Counted from the stretch's first letter, positions 38,320 through 48,579 are shown. The stretch is DNA of 60,786 bases from Dissulfurispiraceae bacterium (GCA_035319145.1 DATHDH010000094.1:1-60786); one strand, 5' to 3'. Numbers and translations: made by a program. Notes: a model not told the origin generated them from the sequence alone.

Positions 38320-38916
38320 ATGGCTGCCCCGAAGAAGAACGTCAAGACCGCCTCGACATCAGAGCCCAAGGGAGGAGCCGTAGTGAAAAAGGTGAGAGTC
38401 GCAACTGCCTGGTTTGATGCCTGCGCAGGATGCCATATGTCGCTGCTTGATATAGACGAGCGCATAATCGATATCGCAGACAAGATCGATATCGTCTACG
38501 GTCCGCTGGTCGACGCACTAGAGTTTCCGGACAATGTCGATGTCGCAATTATCGAAGGTGCCATCAGCAGCGATGAGGATGAACACAAGATAAAGGAAAT
38601 CCGCTCCAAATCGAAGATTCTCGTATCCATGGGCGACTGTGCGGTAACGGCGAACGTGCCGAGCATGCGCAACCAGTTCAAGGTGAGCGAAATTCTCGAT
38701 CGCGGATTCGTTGAGAATGCCACCTGTCACCAGCAGCATCCGTCGAAAGATATTCCTCATCTGTTGAATCGTGCGCGTCCGCTTCATGAGTTTGTGAGCG
38801 TCGACGTGTTTCTGCCCGGCTGCCCGCCGCCCGCGGACGCAATATTTTTCGTGATTGCGGAACTGCTGGCTGGACGCATGCCCGATCTTACCGGCAAGAC
38901 GCGTTTCGGAGCCTAG
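38320..38916 (+). CDS. hoxY: [NiFe]-hydrogenase small subunit HoxY
   Basis: ATG 38320 (MAAPKK..., SD GGGGGAGGGA) lies 2 nt after the hoxU stop. WFDACAGCHMS and LPGCPP are motifs of short group-3 small subunits. Confidence 0.85.
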   Translation: MAAPKKNVKTASTSEPKGGAVVKKVRVATAWFDACAGCHMSLLDIDERIIDIADKIDIVYGPLVDALEFPDNVDVAIIEGAISSDEDEHKIKEIRSKSKILVSMGDCAVTANVPSMRNQFKVSEILDRGFVENATCHQQHPSKDIPHLLNRARPLHEFVSVDVFLPGCPPPADAIFFVIAELLAGRMPDLTGKTRFGA

Positions 38917-38974
38917 AGGTATAATTAAAGAAGGACATTGAGAATGAAAGTTTACTCTAAGGAGGTTTTGGGGA

Positions 38975-40399
38975 ATGTCTAAACAGATCATACTTGAGCC
39001 CGTCAGCCGCATTGAAGGGCACGGAAAGATCACGATACAGCTGGACGACGACGGCAAAGTTACCGATGCGAAACTTCATGTAACCCAGTACAGAGGGTTT
39101 GAGAAGTTCGTTGAAGGACGGCCGTACTATGAAATGCCGTCCATCGTAGAGAGGATTTGCGGCATCTGTCCGATAAGCCATTCGCTCGGTGCAGGCAAGG
39201 CATGCGATGAGCTTCTCGGCGTCCGTATTCCGATTGCGGCCATCAAATTGAGGAAGCTATATAATTGCGGCGAATACATTCAGTCGCATGCGCTGAGCTT
39301 CTTTCACCTGTCTTCGCCTGACCTTCTGCTCGGGATGGACTCCGATCCAGCCAAGCGGAATATCCTCGGCGTAATCGAGGCCAATCCGGCGATAGCAAAA
39401 GACGGCGTAAAACTGCGTAAGATCGGGCAGGAGATTATTCGTCTTCTGGCAGGGAAGCGCATCCATCCTGCGTGGGTTGTTCCCGGCGGCGTCAACTCTG
39501 CGCTTACCACTGAAAATCGCGACCTCATGCTTGCAATGCTGCCGGAGGCGCTGGAGATCATCCAGCGTACGCTCGGCTGGTTTAAGAAGGCGCTGGAAAG
39601 CTATCGCGAGGAGATTCGGACCTTTGCCAACTTCCCGTCCATGTTCCTCGGCCTGGTGTCTCCGGAGGGGAATCTTGAGCATGTTTACGGGAAACTCCGG
39701 TTTATCGACGCGAAGGGCAACATTGTAGTCGATCAGATCGAGGCGAATGACTACCAGAAGTATATCGGCGAAGCGACTGAAGATTTTTCATATCTGAAGT
39801 CTCCGTATTATAAGCCGATTGGCTATCCGGACGGTATCTACCGGTGCGGCCCGGCTGCACGGCTGAATGTCTGCAACGGCACCGGCATGCCGCTTGCCGA
39901 TGAAGAGTGGGCGGAGTTCCGCAGTCTTGAACGCGGGCCGGTTCTCAGCTCATTCCATAACCACTATGCACGCCTCGTCGAAATTTTGTACTCGATTGAG
40001 CTGGCGGAAAAGCTGTTGCGTGATCCCGACATCACGAGCGATCACGTCCGCTCCATTGCATCGCCGAACCACTTTGACGGAGTCGGCATTGTCGAGGCGC
40101 CCCGCGGCACGCTCTTCCACCATTACAGGATTGACAGGGACGGCCTGATGACCTGGGCGAACATGATTGTCGCAACCGGCAACAACAACCTTGCAATGAA
40201 CAAGGGCGTTCTGCAGGTTGCCAAGCGGTTTGTCGACGGCAAGAGCCTCAAGGAGGGCGCGCTGAACCGTTGCGAAGCGATTATCCGCGCCTTTGATCCA
40301 TGCCTCAGCTGCTCGACGCATGCGCTCGGGCAGATGCCGCTTCTCGTACAACTTGTTGATGCAGACGGCACGGTCTGCGATCAGGCAACGAGAGGGTAA
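38975..40399 (+). CDS. hoxH: [NiFe]-hydrogenase large subunit HoxH (group 3d-type)
   Basis: N-terminal RIEGHGKI and RICGICPISH, C-terminal DPCLSCSTH followed by a 25-aa cleavable tail. Confidence 0.95.
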   Translation: MSKQIILEPVSRIEGHGKITIQLDDDGKVTDAKLHVTQYRGFEKFVEGRPYYEMPSIVERICGICPISHSLGAGKACDELLGVRIPIAAIKLRKLYNCGEYIQSHALSFFHLSSPDLLLGMDSDPAKRNILGVIEANPAIAKDGVKLRKIGQEIIRLLAGKRIHPAWVVPGGVNSALTTENRDLMLAMLPEALEIIQRTLGWFKKALESYREEIRTFANFPSMFLGLVSPEGNLEHVYGKLRFIDAKGNIVVDQIEANDYQKYIGEATEDFSYLKSPYYKPIGYPDGIYRCGPAARLNVCNGTGMPLADEEWAEFRSLERGPVLSSFHNHYARLVEILYSIELAEKLLRDPDITSDHVRSIASPNHFDGVGIVEAPRGTLFHHYRIDRDGLMTWANMIVATGNNNLAMNKGVLQVAKRFVDGKSLKEGALNRCEAIIRAFDPCLSCSTHALGQMPLLVQLVDADGTVCDQATRG

Positions 40400-40421
40400 T
40401 CTCCCTTTTTCGTGATGCACG

Positions 40422-40456
40422 GCGCCTCCGCTCTTTTGAGCGGGGGCGCTTTTTTA
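40422..40456 (+). terminator. rho-independent terminator after hoxH
   Basis: GCGCCTCCGCTC-TTTT-GAGCGGGGGCGC followed by TTTTTTATT. Confidence 0.8.
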
Positions 40457-40548
40457 TTAATTTTTTCTATTCCCCTATAGGCTTATTCGGACTCGTCCGG
40501 AAACCTGTTATACTTGAAGCATCTCAATACTTAAGGAGGAGTACAATA

Positions 40549-40989
40549 ATGGCAGCGTCAGATGCCCGCACGCGGGATAAGGAGCTTCTCAGCCTGCTCA
40601 GAAAGTGGAAAAGTACGGAGGCGGCAACGATCAAGAGTTGTGAGGCGATTCTCAAGAAGGCGAAGAATCCCATCATGGTAACGCTTACAACAGCCATCAA
40701 GAACGATTCCGAGAAGCATGCGGCAATTATTCAGCTTATTATCGACAGTATGACAAAAGCAGCGTATCAGCTCGCTCCCGAGGATCTTTCGGGTGTCGCC
40801 GGCCTTTTAACCAAGCATATTGCAATTGAGCAGAAGGCTATTGATATGGCAAATCAGGCGATTGAGATGACCCGTGACTCTATTACGAAACAGCTGCTGA
40901 AGCTTATTCTCGAAGACGAAAAGAAGCACAAGACCATGGCGGAAAATATGAGCGCACTCAAGTACCGGATTACCGCAGGCATCCCCTAG
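40549..40989 (+). CDS. hypothetical helical protein, possibly ferritin-like four-helix bundle
   Basis: 146 aa, predicted all-helical, with paired E..H-type motifs (NDSEKHAAII, LEDEKKHKTM). It has a strong SD (TAAGGAGGAG) and its own terminator. Confidence 0.5.
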   Translation: MAASDARTRDKELLSLLRKWKSTEAATIKSCEAILKKAKNPIMVTLTTAIKNDSEKHAAIIQLIIDSMTKAAYQLAPEDLSGVAGLLTKHIAIEQKAIDMANQAIEMTRDSITKQLLKLILEDEKKHKTMAENMSALKYRITAGIP

Positions 40990-41022
40990 GCCTTAAGGTA
41001 GTATCGAACTGATTTTCCGGAC

Positions 41023-41056
41023 CGGATATCGGGAAGCCGCCCGATATCCGTTTTTT
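41023..41056 (+). terminator. rho-independent terminator
   Basis: CGGATATCGGG-AAGCCG-CCCGATATCCG followed by TTTTTT. Confidence 0.75.
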
Positions 41057-41061
41057 CTTTT

Positions 41062-41754
41062 CTATGCGCGGGATCTTTGTTTGTTTCTTTTTTCGGCCTT
41101 GCGCAGTTCAGTGAGCTCCGAAGGAGAGGCGGGCAGCCGTTTTACATGAGGCAGAGAGATTCCATATTTCATCGCAACGAGTCGCAGACAGATGGTAATG
41201 ATAATTGCCGCCGCAAGCCGCGCGTCCGTGCCCCATCCAGCATAGCTTAGCGCAACGAAACAGCCGCCTCCGACTAGTGACGCGGTTGCGTAAAAATCAC
41301 TCGTAAGAATCGCAGGGATTTCCTGCACCAGCACGTAACGGATAACACCGCCGCCGCACGCGGTGATGGCAGCCATCATGATAACGGTGAAAGGGCCCGC
41401 GGCTGCAGTCTCTGCATGGGCGGCGCCAATAGCAGTAAAGACGCCGAGTCCGACCGCATCTGCCAGCATGACGAAATCCCATCGGGGCGCAATCTTTGGA
41501 GCGGCCGCAAATACCACAAGGGCCCCGGCAAGGCAGATGAGCAGATAGAGTTCGTTATGAAGCGCCGTGGGGGGAATGGCCCCGAGCAGGAGATCGCGGA
41601 TTATGCCTCCGCCGATCCCGGTTGCGATTGCCAGCACCATCACCCCGAGAACGTCGAGTTCGTACTTTACGGCGCGAAATGCACCGGACAGTGCAAATGC
41701 GAATGTTCCCAGGAGATCGAGGACGTACAGTATCATCCGCGGTTGTGGATACAA
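41062..41754 (-). CDS. TRIC/UPF0126-family cation channel membrane protein (YadS-like)
   Basis: Two UPF0126 repeats (LDLLGTFAFALSGA..., GIGGGIIRDLLLG; second repeat ACGGGVIRYVL). Confidence 0.8.
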   Translation of the reverse strand: MYPQPRMILYVLDLLGTFAFALSGAFRAVKYELDVLGVMVLAIATGIGGGIIRDLLLGAIPPTALHNELYLLICLAGALVVFAAAPKIAPRWDFVMLADAVGLGVFTAIGAAHAETAAAGPFTVIMMAAITACGGGVIRYVLVQEIPAILTSDFYATASLVGGGCFVALSYAGWGTDARLAAAIIITICLRLVAMKYGISLPHVKRLPASPSELTELRKAEKRNKQRSRA

Positions 41755-41767
41755 AGTGCCGAATATC

Positions 41768-42154
41768 TTACATTGCTTTATAGGTGATAACGTTTATCAC
41801 GGCGCCCTGCGGATCCTGTAGTACGCAAAAGCGCCCGACGTTGGGGATGTCCTGCGGCGGCAGCAACAAACGGGCGCCGTGCGCTTCGGCGGTCTTGGCA
41901 GTCGCATCGACATCATCGACCGTCACGTATGTACCCCACGTCGGAGGCATGCCTTGGGCCTCTTTCGGGATCGCCATAATACCGCCGACTTCCTTGCCTC
42001 CGGCCTTGACCACGGTGTAAGTCATGCCCGGCATTGCCATCTCCTCGGTTTCCCAACCGAAAAGTTTTACATAAAAGGACTTGGCGGCTTCCACATCCGT
42101 CGTCAACAGTTCAGACCAGCTGAATGCCCCGTGCTGTTTAAATCTCTCGTCCAT
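41768..42154 (-). CDS. VOC/glyoxalase-family protein
   Basis: Start at ATG 42154 (MDERFKQHGAFSWSEL, SD AAGGAGG). FYVKLFGWE and GGIM...TYVTVDDVD follow the glyoxalase-fold pattern. Confidence 0.75.
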   Translation of the reverse strand: MDERFKQHGAFSWSELLTTDVEAAKSFYVKLFGWETEEMAMPGMTYTVVKAGGKEVGGIMAIPKEAQGMPPTWGTYVTVDDVDATAKTAEAHGARLLLPPQDIPNVGRFCVLQDPQGAVINVITYKAM

Positions 42155-42272
42155 ACTTACCTCCTTGATGAAAGATATGTGGGGTAGGTTCATGCTTGCC
42201 GCTGGTTCTCCGCTGCCAGTTGCAAAGTTCGATTTCGAGTATATTCATTCAATTATAACCCTTCTTGTCCCG

Positions 42273-43946
42273 CTATTCAGACGCAGACTTCAATGCGAGG
42301 GTTCGGATATGTTCGAACCCCAAGGATTCGATGGCTTGCCGAATGTCCAGAACGTCGGGTTGCAAGAAAATATAGGCTTCCGATACCCCTTCCGAAGCAA
42401 ATGCCTCGCACACCATGCGGCGGATTGCTGATTCGAAACATCCTGCATCATGCAAATCCGGATGAGAGTAGAAATCGCGCAATGCGACGCTGCCGGGCGG
42501 AAGCGGAAGCGACTGACCGACTTCACCTGCAGGGAAAGCGGTCGTGGTTTTTGTCATCCATCCGCAGAACGCCAGGCGATTGTTTGCACGGGCTGTGTAA
42601 ACGAATTGGCCGTGCTCCAGACGAGCAAGTGCCTCGGAGAGGAAGGCGTCGCGGTCCTCATCTGCACGCACGGCTTCGAATAAAAAGAGGTCGGTAATCG
42701 AATTGCAGTTGAGATCGCCATCGCATTGAAACGTTTCAGCGCGCGCCCGGTTGCATCGATAGACACACAGCTGGCGGCTCTGACCATGCCGGTTTTTCAT
42801 TTTTTGCACAACGCGGGCCGGCCGAAAATCGCGCAGGCACGAAACAGCGGCCTTCACGGTAGCAACAGGGATACCGACCCCAGAGGCGCATCGCTTCCCC
42901 AAATGCAAGAACTCATGCAGGACATCGTCCCGCATCTTTACCGAGGCGGAGGAATAGATTACTGCTTCGGCGACCTCATCATGGGCGTCGGCGAAACGCT
43001 CCTTCCAGGTACAGCCGCCGGGCGTGAGATCGAGCAATGTCTTTTCGTCCCTGAGCAGGAGTTCGCTCAACTGCATGATATGAAGCTTGCCGGGCGAATG
43101 CTCCGCCACAAACGGCGAGAAGACGAGCATGCCGAGATGCACTACCCTTCCGCTCACCGCACCCCAGAAGGCCGAAATAAGACGTTCATTGAGATAGGCG
43201 GCGGTTACGTAATTCTCAGCCGGACTTCCGGCAAACAGGTTCATGTGAAAAATACGCTTCAGCGGATCTGCCTGAAAGGGCGCTATGTGGCTCACCGAGG
43301 TCTGCCTGAAATCGTAGTACATGATCATATCGCTGAACATGCGATCGAGTTCGGCTGGATCAGTGATGCGACGGAACTCGAGGCTGCCGAGTTTTTTGAG
43401 TCTATTAAAGCGGCTTTTATTGCTTTTTTTTGAGAACGATTCCTTGATGCCTTCGGGGGTGAGTGGCAGGAGCGGCCTGCTCTGTTTGCGGACGGCGACG
43501 CAGTTCTTCATGGATGGAACCGCCTGCAGGATACCGCCGAGTGATGCAGCTGGCAAATATATGAAGCGCAATGCCGCGAAGGCAAAGCACCGCTTGATTT
43601 CTTCCCAGGCCGCGGAAAGAAACGGAATATCCTTTCCGGGTAGCGCAAGCCATGCCTGGTATTCGGATTGAATGGTTCCGGCATGGGAGAGTTCTTTTGC
43701 GGATATATTATATGCAAGCATCCAAAGCCCGGCTAATTCTTCGTCTGAATGCCGCCACAGAAGAATTACGGGCTGCCACTGCTCGCGGTAGGTTTTGTAC
43801 CATGTGCGCACGAAATTCGGCCCCTGAAACGCGGTCGCATGCGGACACTGCTCATAAAGCTTCCGCCAGAGTTCGACAAAAAAACCATCATCCAGCAAAG
43901 CGTGCGCTTTCTGCCCATGAAGCAAATCGACATATCTATCGCTCAT
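42273..43946 (-). CDS. large GNAT-superfamily protein (CelD/BcsL/FemAB-like acyltransferase domain plus extra C-terminal GNAT-like domain)
   Basis: 557 aa. The middle region HSPGKLHIMQLSELLL...LDLTPGGCTWKERFA resembles the Acetyltransf_6/CelD signature. The C-terminal ~150 aa looks like a small GNAT fold. Confidence 0.5.
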   Translation of the reverse strand: MSDRYVDLLHGQKAHALLDDGFFVELWRKLYEQCPHATAFQGPNFVRTWYKTYREQWQPVILLWRHSDEELAGLWMLAYNISAKELSHAGTIQSEYQAWLALPGKDIPFLSAAWEEIKRCFAFAALRFIYLPAASLGGILQAVPSMKNCVAVRKQSRPLLPLTPEGIKESFSKKSNKSRFNRLKKLGSLEFRRITDPAELDRMFSDMIMYYDFRQTSVSHIAPFQADPLKRIFHMNLFAGSPAENYVTAAYLNERLISAFWGAVSGRVVHLGMLVFSPFVAEHSPGKLHIMQLSELLLRDEKTLLDLTPGGCTWKERFADAHDEVAEAVIYSSASVKMRDDVLHEFLHLGKRCASGVGIPVATVKAAVSCLRDFRPARVVQKMKNRHGQSRQLCVYRCNRARAETFQCDGDLNCNSITDLFLFEAVRADEDRDAFLSEALARLEHGQFVYTARANNRLAFCGWMTKTTTAFPAGEVGQSLPLPPGSVALRDFYSHPDLHDAGCFESAIRRMVCEAFASEGVSEAYIFLQPDVLDIRQAIESLGFEHIRTLALKSASE

Positions 43947-44172
43947 TTTTCAGTATCTAATGGTTTTCTCTTTTGTTTTCCTCATGACTATATCACAACG
44001 TCAGTACGTCTGCAACGGCTTTTATTCCGGTTCAGTCATGGAAAAAGCCGGAATAAAGATCTTATCCCGCATGGCAGTTCTTAGATCTGTGCAGAGGTTG
44101 ACGCAGCGGTCAGGTCGAGACCGCTTCCCAATGCTTGCGATATATGGTGCAGGATAGCCAGGGGCCGGACCA

Positions 44173-44661
44173 TTACTCGGTGATTAATTCAGGAAGGACG
44201 CCGTGTTCCGAAATATGCTCTATCATGGTTTTGGCCAGGTCGGCCGCCGGGGCGACGAGCGGTTCCACGATTGGCGACAACATTGGGCCGTGATCGAAGA
44301 GATTGCTGCCGACCGATATCATGACCGCCTGCGGGTGCGTACCGTAAATAGCTTGCGCACAGGCCAGCAGCGCGCCGGGTTTCATGTGGTGCGAAAAGGT
44401 GAGCGGCATGCTGCCGTCGAGAAACACTCTGCGGCAGCGCTGTTCGCCGACATGGCTGCTCAGATGCACATCCATGAATATGATGAAGTCCGCTTCTGAA
44501 ACATCTTCGGCAAGTTCCGGTCCCAGCTGATGAACGGTCAGTATGTTCACGGAATCGTCTTTCAGAATTCTTTGCAACTGTTCGGAGGCATAAACTCCGA
44601 AGCCGTCATCACCGCGAAGCGGGTTCCCGTATCCGATAACCAAGATCTTTTGCGCGGCCAT
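44173..44661 (-). CDS. hoxW: hydrogenase maturation endopeptidase (HoxW/HycI family)
   Basis: ILVIGYGNPLRGDDGFGVY and FIIFMDV..H motifs; 162 aa. Confidence 0.85.
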   Translation of the reverse strand: MAAQKILVIGYGNPLRGDDGFGVYASEQLQRILKDDSVNILTVHQLGPELAEDVSEADFIIFMDVHLSSHVGEQRCRRVFLDGSMPLTFSHHMKPGALLACAQAIYGTHPQAVMISVGSNLFDHGPMLSPIVEPLVAPAADLAKTMIEHISEHGVLPELITE

Positions 44662-44710
44662 GTTTTAGTGTAGCGGTTTTCCCTTTTCGCTGTCTGCCCA
44701 AGCGCTGAAA

Positions 44711-44740
44711 TTGACAAACCGGCGCTGAAATACGTAAACT
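44711..44740 (+). promoter_or_regulatory. putative sigma70 promoter of tig
   Basis: TTGACA (44711..44716), 18-nt spacer, TAAACT (44735..44740). It is flanked by the direct repeat GCGCTGAAAT at 44702 and 44722. Confidence 0.35.
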
Positions 44741-44783
44741 AATAATTTGAAAAATAAGCACAATTTTCTTTCAGGAGGGCCCC

Positions 44784-46025
44784 TTGTTAAAGTCAGTCGA
44801 GGATCTGTCAGCAACAAAAAAGCGTCTTACCATAGAGATTCCGGCAGATGTTATTGAAGCCGAGATTCAAAAAGGATTTACCGAGGCGCAGAAGCTTGCC
44901 CGCATCCCGGGATTCCGACCGGGCAAGATACCAGCATCCATGATAGAGAAAAAATACGGCAAGGGGATCGAAAACGATGTGCTCGAAAAGCTGGTTCCCG
45001 AATATTACGGGAAAGCGCTTGAGGAGGCAGGCCTGAAACCGGTCGCGCGGCCCGAAATGGAATCCGGCATCACCCTTGTGCGTTCCGTTCCGGTTACCAT
45101 GCAACTTACGGTCGAAGTCCGCCCGAAGGTCGAGCCGCTCGTTTATGAAGGCATTGCAGTTAAGGATGTGCCGGTGGTGGTTACCGACGAAGAGGTCGAC
45201 GGCGTGATGAAGAATGCCGCGGAGGAGAAGGGCAGCTATGAACCGGTTGATGCACCCGTGCAGACCGGTGATCTCCTTACAGTCGACTATGCGGTCGAAG
45301 GTGATGAAACACCTGCAAAGGATACGCTCATCAAAGTAGGGGCAGGCCCGTATCCGCCGGTATTTTTTGATGCGCTGGTCGGCAGGAGGAAGGGCGACAT
45401 TATCGATATCGAGGTTGAGTTCCCCGACACAATCCCGAGTTCTTTTGCCGGGAAGACGCCGAAGTTTCATCTGACCATCAAGGAGATGAAGCGGAAGGGA
45501 GTTCTGCCGATAGATGACGAACTTGCCAAAGATCTCGGATTCGAGACGCTCCATGCCGCCAAGGACAAGGTGCGAGAGAATCTCGAAGCTGAGAAGACAT
45601 TCGATGCCGAACGGAAGCAGCAGCTCGAAATTGTCGAGAAACTGGTTGCATCACATGAGTGCCAGGTTCCGGAAGGCTTGATTAAGGCCGATCTTGAGCG
45701 CATGCTCGGCGAGGCGCAGGCGCGCGGAACATTTGAGGGAACTCCTGAAGAATTTGAGCAGCAGAATCGCGACAAGGCCGTGAAGGCCGTAAAAGCGTCG
45801 ATTCTCCTGGAGATCATCGGGGAGAAAGAGAACGTTCAGGTGAGCGAGGATGAGATGAAGAACGCCATTTTCGGATTCGCTGCGCGCTTTAATATCTCTC
45901 CCGAGAATGTCGTAAAATATTATACGTCGCGTGACGGGTCGCTTGCGGGGCTGCGCAACGGCATTTTTGAGAAGAAGACGCTGAAGCTGCTGCTCGAAAA
46001 GGCGACGATCGAAAAAGGAGTCTAG
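44784..46025 (+). CDS. tig: trigger factor
   Basis: TTG start after SD AGGAGGG. Ribosome-binding motif GFRPGKIP, then FKBP and C-terminal arm domains. It precedes clpP-clpX. Confidence 0.9.
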   Translation: MLKSVEDLSATKKRLTIEIPADVIEAEIQKGFTEAQKLARIPGFRPGKIPASMIEKKYGKGIENDVLEKLVPEYYGKALEEAGLKPVARPEMESGITLVRSVPVTMQLTVEVRPKVEPLVYEGIAVKDVPVVVTDEEVDGVMKNAAEEKGSYEPVDAPVQTGDLLTVDYAVEGDETPAKDTLIKVGAGPYPPVFFDALVGRRKGDIIDIEVEFPDTIPSSFAGKTPKFHLTIKEMKRKGVLPIDDELAKDLGFETLHAAKDKVRENLEAEKTFDAERKQQLEIVEKLVASHECQVPEGLIKADLERMLGEAQARGTFEGTPEEFEQQNRDKAVKAVKASILLEIIGEKENVQVSEDEMKNAIFGFAARFNISPENVVKYYTSRDGSLAGLRNGIFEKKTLKLLLEKATIEKGV

Positions 46026-46026
46026 C

Positions 46027-46626
46027 ATGAGTATTATTCCGATAGTCATAGAACAGACCGGGCGGAGTGAGCGGGCGTATGACATTTATTCGCGGCTCCT
46101 GAAGGATCGTATTATCTTTCTCGGCACTGCAGTCGACGATCATGTTGCCAATGTTGTTATTGCTCAGCTGCTTTTCCTGCAGACCGAAGATCCGGAAAAG
46201 GACATACACATCTACGTCAACTCTCCCGGTGGTTCGGTGACGGCCGGACTTGCGATTTACGACACGATGCAATATGTGAAGCCCGATATCGCCACGTATT
46301 GCATCGGCCAGGCGGCGAGCATGGGCGCATTGCTGCTTGCCGCGGGCAAGCAGGGCAAGCGTTTTGCACTGCCGAACTCACGCGTCATGATTCATCAGCC
46401 GATGGGCGGGTTTTACGGTCAGGCGACCGATGTCGAGATCCATGCGCGTGAGATATTGAAGATGAAAGAGAACCTGAACGCCATTCTGGCAAAGCATACC
46501 GGCCAGCCGATTGAGAAGATTCAGGTCGACACCGAGCGCGATTACTTCATGTCCGGTGCCGAGGCGAAGCAGTACGGTCTTGTTGATGAAGTGATTTTGT
46601 CTGCGCGGGCAGCAAAGAAAGAATAG
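46027..46626 (+). CDS. clpP: ATP-dependent Clp protease proteolytic subunit
   Basis: [19 protein letters not shown] and [11 protein letters not shown] (catalytic Ser), with His/Asp present. Confidence 0.95.
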   Translation: MSIIPIVIEQTGRSERAYDIYSRLLKDRIIFLGTAVDDHVANVVIAQLLFLQTEDPEKDIHIYVNSPGGSVTAGLAIYDTMQYVKPDIATYCIGQAASMGALLLAAGKQGKRFALPNSRVMIHQPMGGFYGQATDVEIHAREILKMKENLNAILAKHTGQPIEKIQVDTERDYFMSGAEAKQYGLVDEVILSARAAKKE

Positions 46627-46659
46627 ATGTTTTCGAAGTGCGGCAACGCCGGAGGGTGA

Positions 46660-47907
46660 ATGGCAAAAAAAATGAATGACCAGGAGTTGCGGTGCTCTTT
46701 CTGCGGTAAGGCGCAGGCGGAGGTGAAGAAGCTGATCGCAGGTCCCACGGTCTATATTTGTGACGAATGCGTCGGGCTTTGCAACGAGATTATTGAGGAA
46801 GACGCGCAGCAGGCTGTGCGCGGGTCCGGCAAGAAGCTGCCGACGCCGCTTGAGATAAAACGATTCCTCGATGATTATGTTATCGGCCAGGAACAGGCCA
46901 AGAAGACGCTTGCCGTGGCTGTCTACAACCATTACAAGCGCATCTATCGCGGCCAGAAATCCGAGGTCGAACTCCAGAAGAGCAATATCATGCTGATCGG
47001 TCCGACCGGAACCGGCAAGACGCTCTTTGCACAGACGCTCGCAAAAATGCTCGACGTACCGTTCGCGATGGCCGACGCCACGACGCTTACGGAAGCCGGC
47101 TATGTCGGGGAAGATGTCGAGAATGTGCTGCTGAAACTGCTGCAAGCGGCTGACTTCGATGTCGAACGGGCGCGGATAGGCATTATCTATATCGATGAAG
47201 TGGACAAGATCAGCCGCAAGACCGAGGGGCCGTCCATTACCCGCGATGTCTCAGGCGAAGGCGTTCAACAGGCGCTGCTCAAGATTATCGAGGGAACGGT
47301 GGCGAATATCCCTCCGCAGGGCGGCCGCAAGCACCCGCAGCAGGAGTATATCCAGCTTGACACCACGAACATTCTCTTTATTTGCGGCGGTGCGTTCGTG
47401 GATCTCGAAAAAATAGTAAGTGAACGTATCGGCAAGCGGAGCATAGGCTTCGGTGCGGATGTTATCGCGCAAAAGAACGGCAGTCTCGGCAAGAGTGCGC
47501 TGTTGAGCCGGGTGGAGCCGGAAGACCTTATCAAATACGGGCTCATCCCTGAATTCATCGGACGCCTGCCGGTGGTCGCGACCCTTGACGAACTTGACGA
47601 ATCGGCATTGATCAGGATTCTGACCGAGCCGAAGAATGCCCTTATCAAACAGTTCCAGAAGCTCTTCTCTCTCGATGAGGTGAAGCTCAAATTTACGGAG
47701 GGCGCGCTGAGGCTGGTAGCAAAGAAGGCATTGCGGCGGAAGGCCGGTGCGCGCGGGCTGCGGGCGATTCTCGAAGACGTAATGCTCGACGTCATGTATG
47801 AACTGCCGTCGCAGGCGGATGTCGTCGAATGCGTGCTTAACGAAGAAGCGGTAGAGAAGCGGGAGAAGCCGCTGATAGTCTATAAGCCGAAGGCGGAATC
47901 CGCATAG
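46660..47907 (+). CDS. clpX: ATP-dependent Clp protease ATP-binding subunit ClpX
   Basis: Zn finger CSFCGK...CDEC, Walker A GPTGTGKT and IIYIDEVDK. Confidence 0.95.
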   Translation: MAKKMNDQELRCSFCGKAQAEVKKLIAGPTVYICDECVGLCNEIIEEDAQQAVRGSGKKLPTPLEIKRFLDDYVIGQEQAKKTLAVAVYNHYKRIYRGQKSEVELQKSNIMLIGPTGTGKTLFAQTLAKMLDVPFAMADATTLTEAGYVGEDVENVLLKLLQAADFDVERARIGIIYIDEVDKISRKTEGPSITRDVSGEGVQQALLKIIEGTVANIPPQGGRKHPQQEYIQLDTTNILFICGGAFVDLEKIVSERIGKRSIGFGADVIAQKNGSLGKSALLSRVEPEDLIKYGLIPEFIGRLPVVATLDELDESALIRILTEPKNALIKQFQKLFSLDEVKLKFTEGALRLVAKKALRRKAGARGLRAILEDVMLDVMYELPSQADVVECVLNEEAVEKREKPLIVYKPKAESA

Positions 47908-47934
47908 CGCGGATTATTCATAACCGGTACGGAG

Positions 47935-48375
47935 TTACTTCTTGCGGCGGGCGACCGATTTTTCGGCGGCCCGCCGAATTTTTTCTTTTAGGGCCTCGTC
48001 ATCGATCCCGCGCACAAGGTCTTCGGCCCACCGGCGCTCTTCAACCGTTGCTGCGGGGCTGAGCGTCTTTTCAGGCGTGCGGAGGACCCCGCGTCGGCAG
48101 GGCATCCTGCCGCGGCGGAACTGAACCGCCGCAATGCCGAAAGGCACAAGTTTGGCAAGAAAATCGCTTCGGAGAAACTGCAGTTGATGCAACCATGCGG
48201 GCGAATCGACGTTGATAGTCAGTTTTTGTCCGGTTAGTTCTGCCGGGTAGGCGTGGAGCGTAAGCGGTTCGGAAAAAAGATCACACCATCGCCGCTGAAG
48301 GGTTTCAAGCCGGATTCTATCTTCGAGACCGAGCTGGCGGAACAGCGAAGATAGAACCGACCCTGCTTGAATCAT
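47935..48375 (-). CDS. DUF721-domain protein (DciA-like)
   Basis: 146 aa with W..L...L..H..P.....G.L.I.V.S..W...L in the DUF721 pattern. It lies 15 nt downstream of rpmB. Confidence 0.6.
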   Translation of the reverse strand: MIQAGSVLSSLFRQLGLEDRIRLETLQRRWCDLFSEPLTLHAYPAELTGQKLTINVDSPAWLHQLQFLRSDFLAKLVPFGIAAVQFRRGRMPCRRGVLRTPEKTLSPAATVEERRWAEDLVRGIDDEALKEKIRRAAEKSVARRKK

Positions 48376-48390
48376 GATGCGAGCGGAGAG

Positions 48391-48579
48391 CTAGACTGCC
48401 TTGACGACCTTGTTGGAGCGGATGCAACGCGTGCAAACATGGACGCGCTTTGTACCCCCGTCCTTGACGATGCGAATGCGCTGTATATTCGGCAGAACCG
48501 AGCGCTTGCTTCTATTGTTAGCGTGGCTGACGTTGTTGCCGATCGTCTTTTTCTTGCCACAAATCTGACACGATGCCAT
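48391..48579 (-). CDS. rpmB: 50S ribosomal protein L28
   Basis: [33 protein letters not shown]...; 62 aa. Confidence 0.95.
   Translation of the reverse strand: MASCQICGKKKTIGNNVSHANNRSKRSVLPNIQRIRIVKDGGTKRVHVCTRCIRSNKVVKAV

Noticed and set aside
46378-47145. A 255-aa minus-strand ORF spanning the clpP-clpX junction.
   Set aside because: It is antisense to two highly conserved genes and is a shadow ORF.
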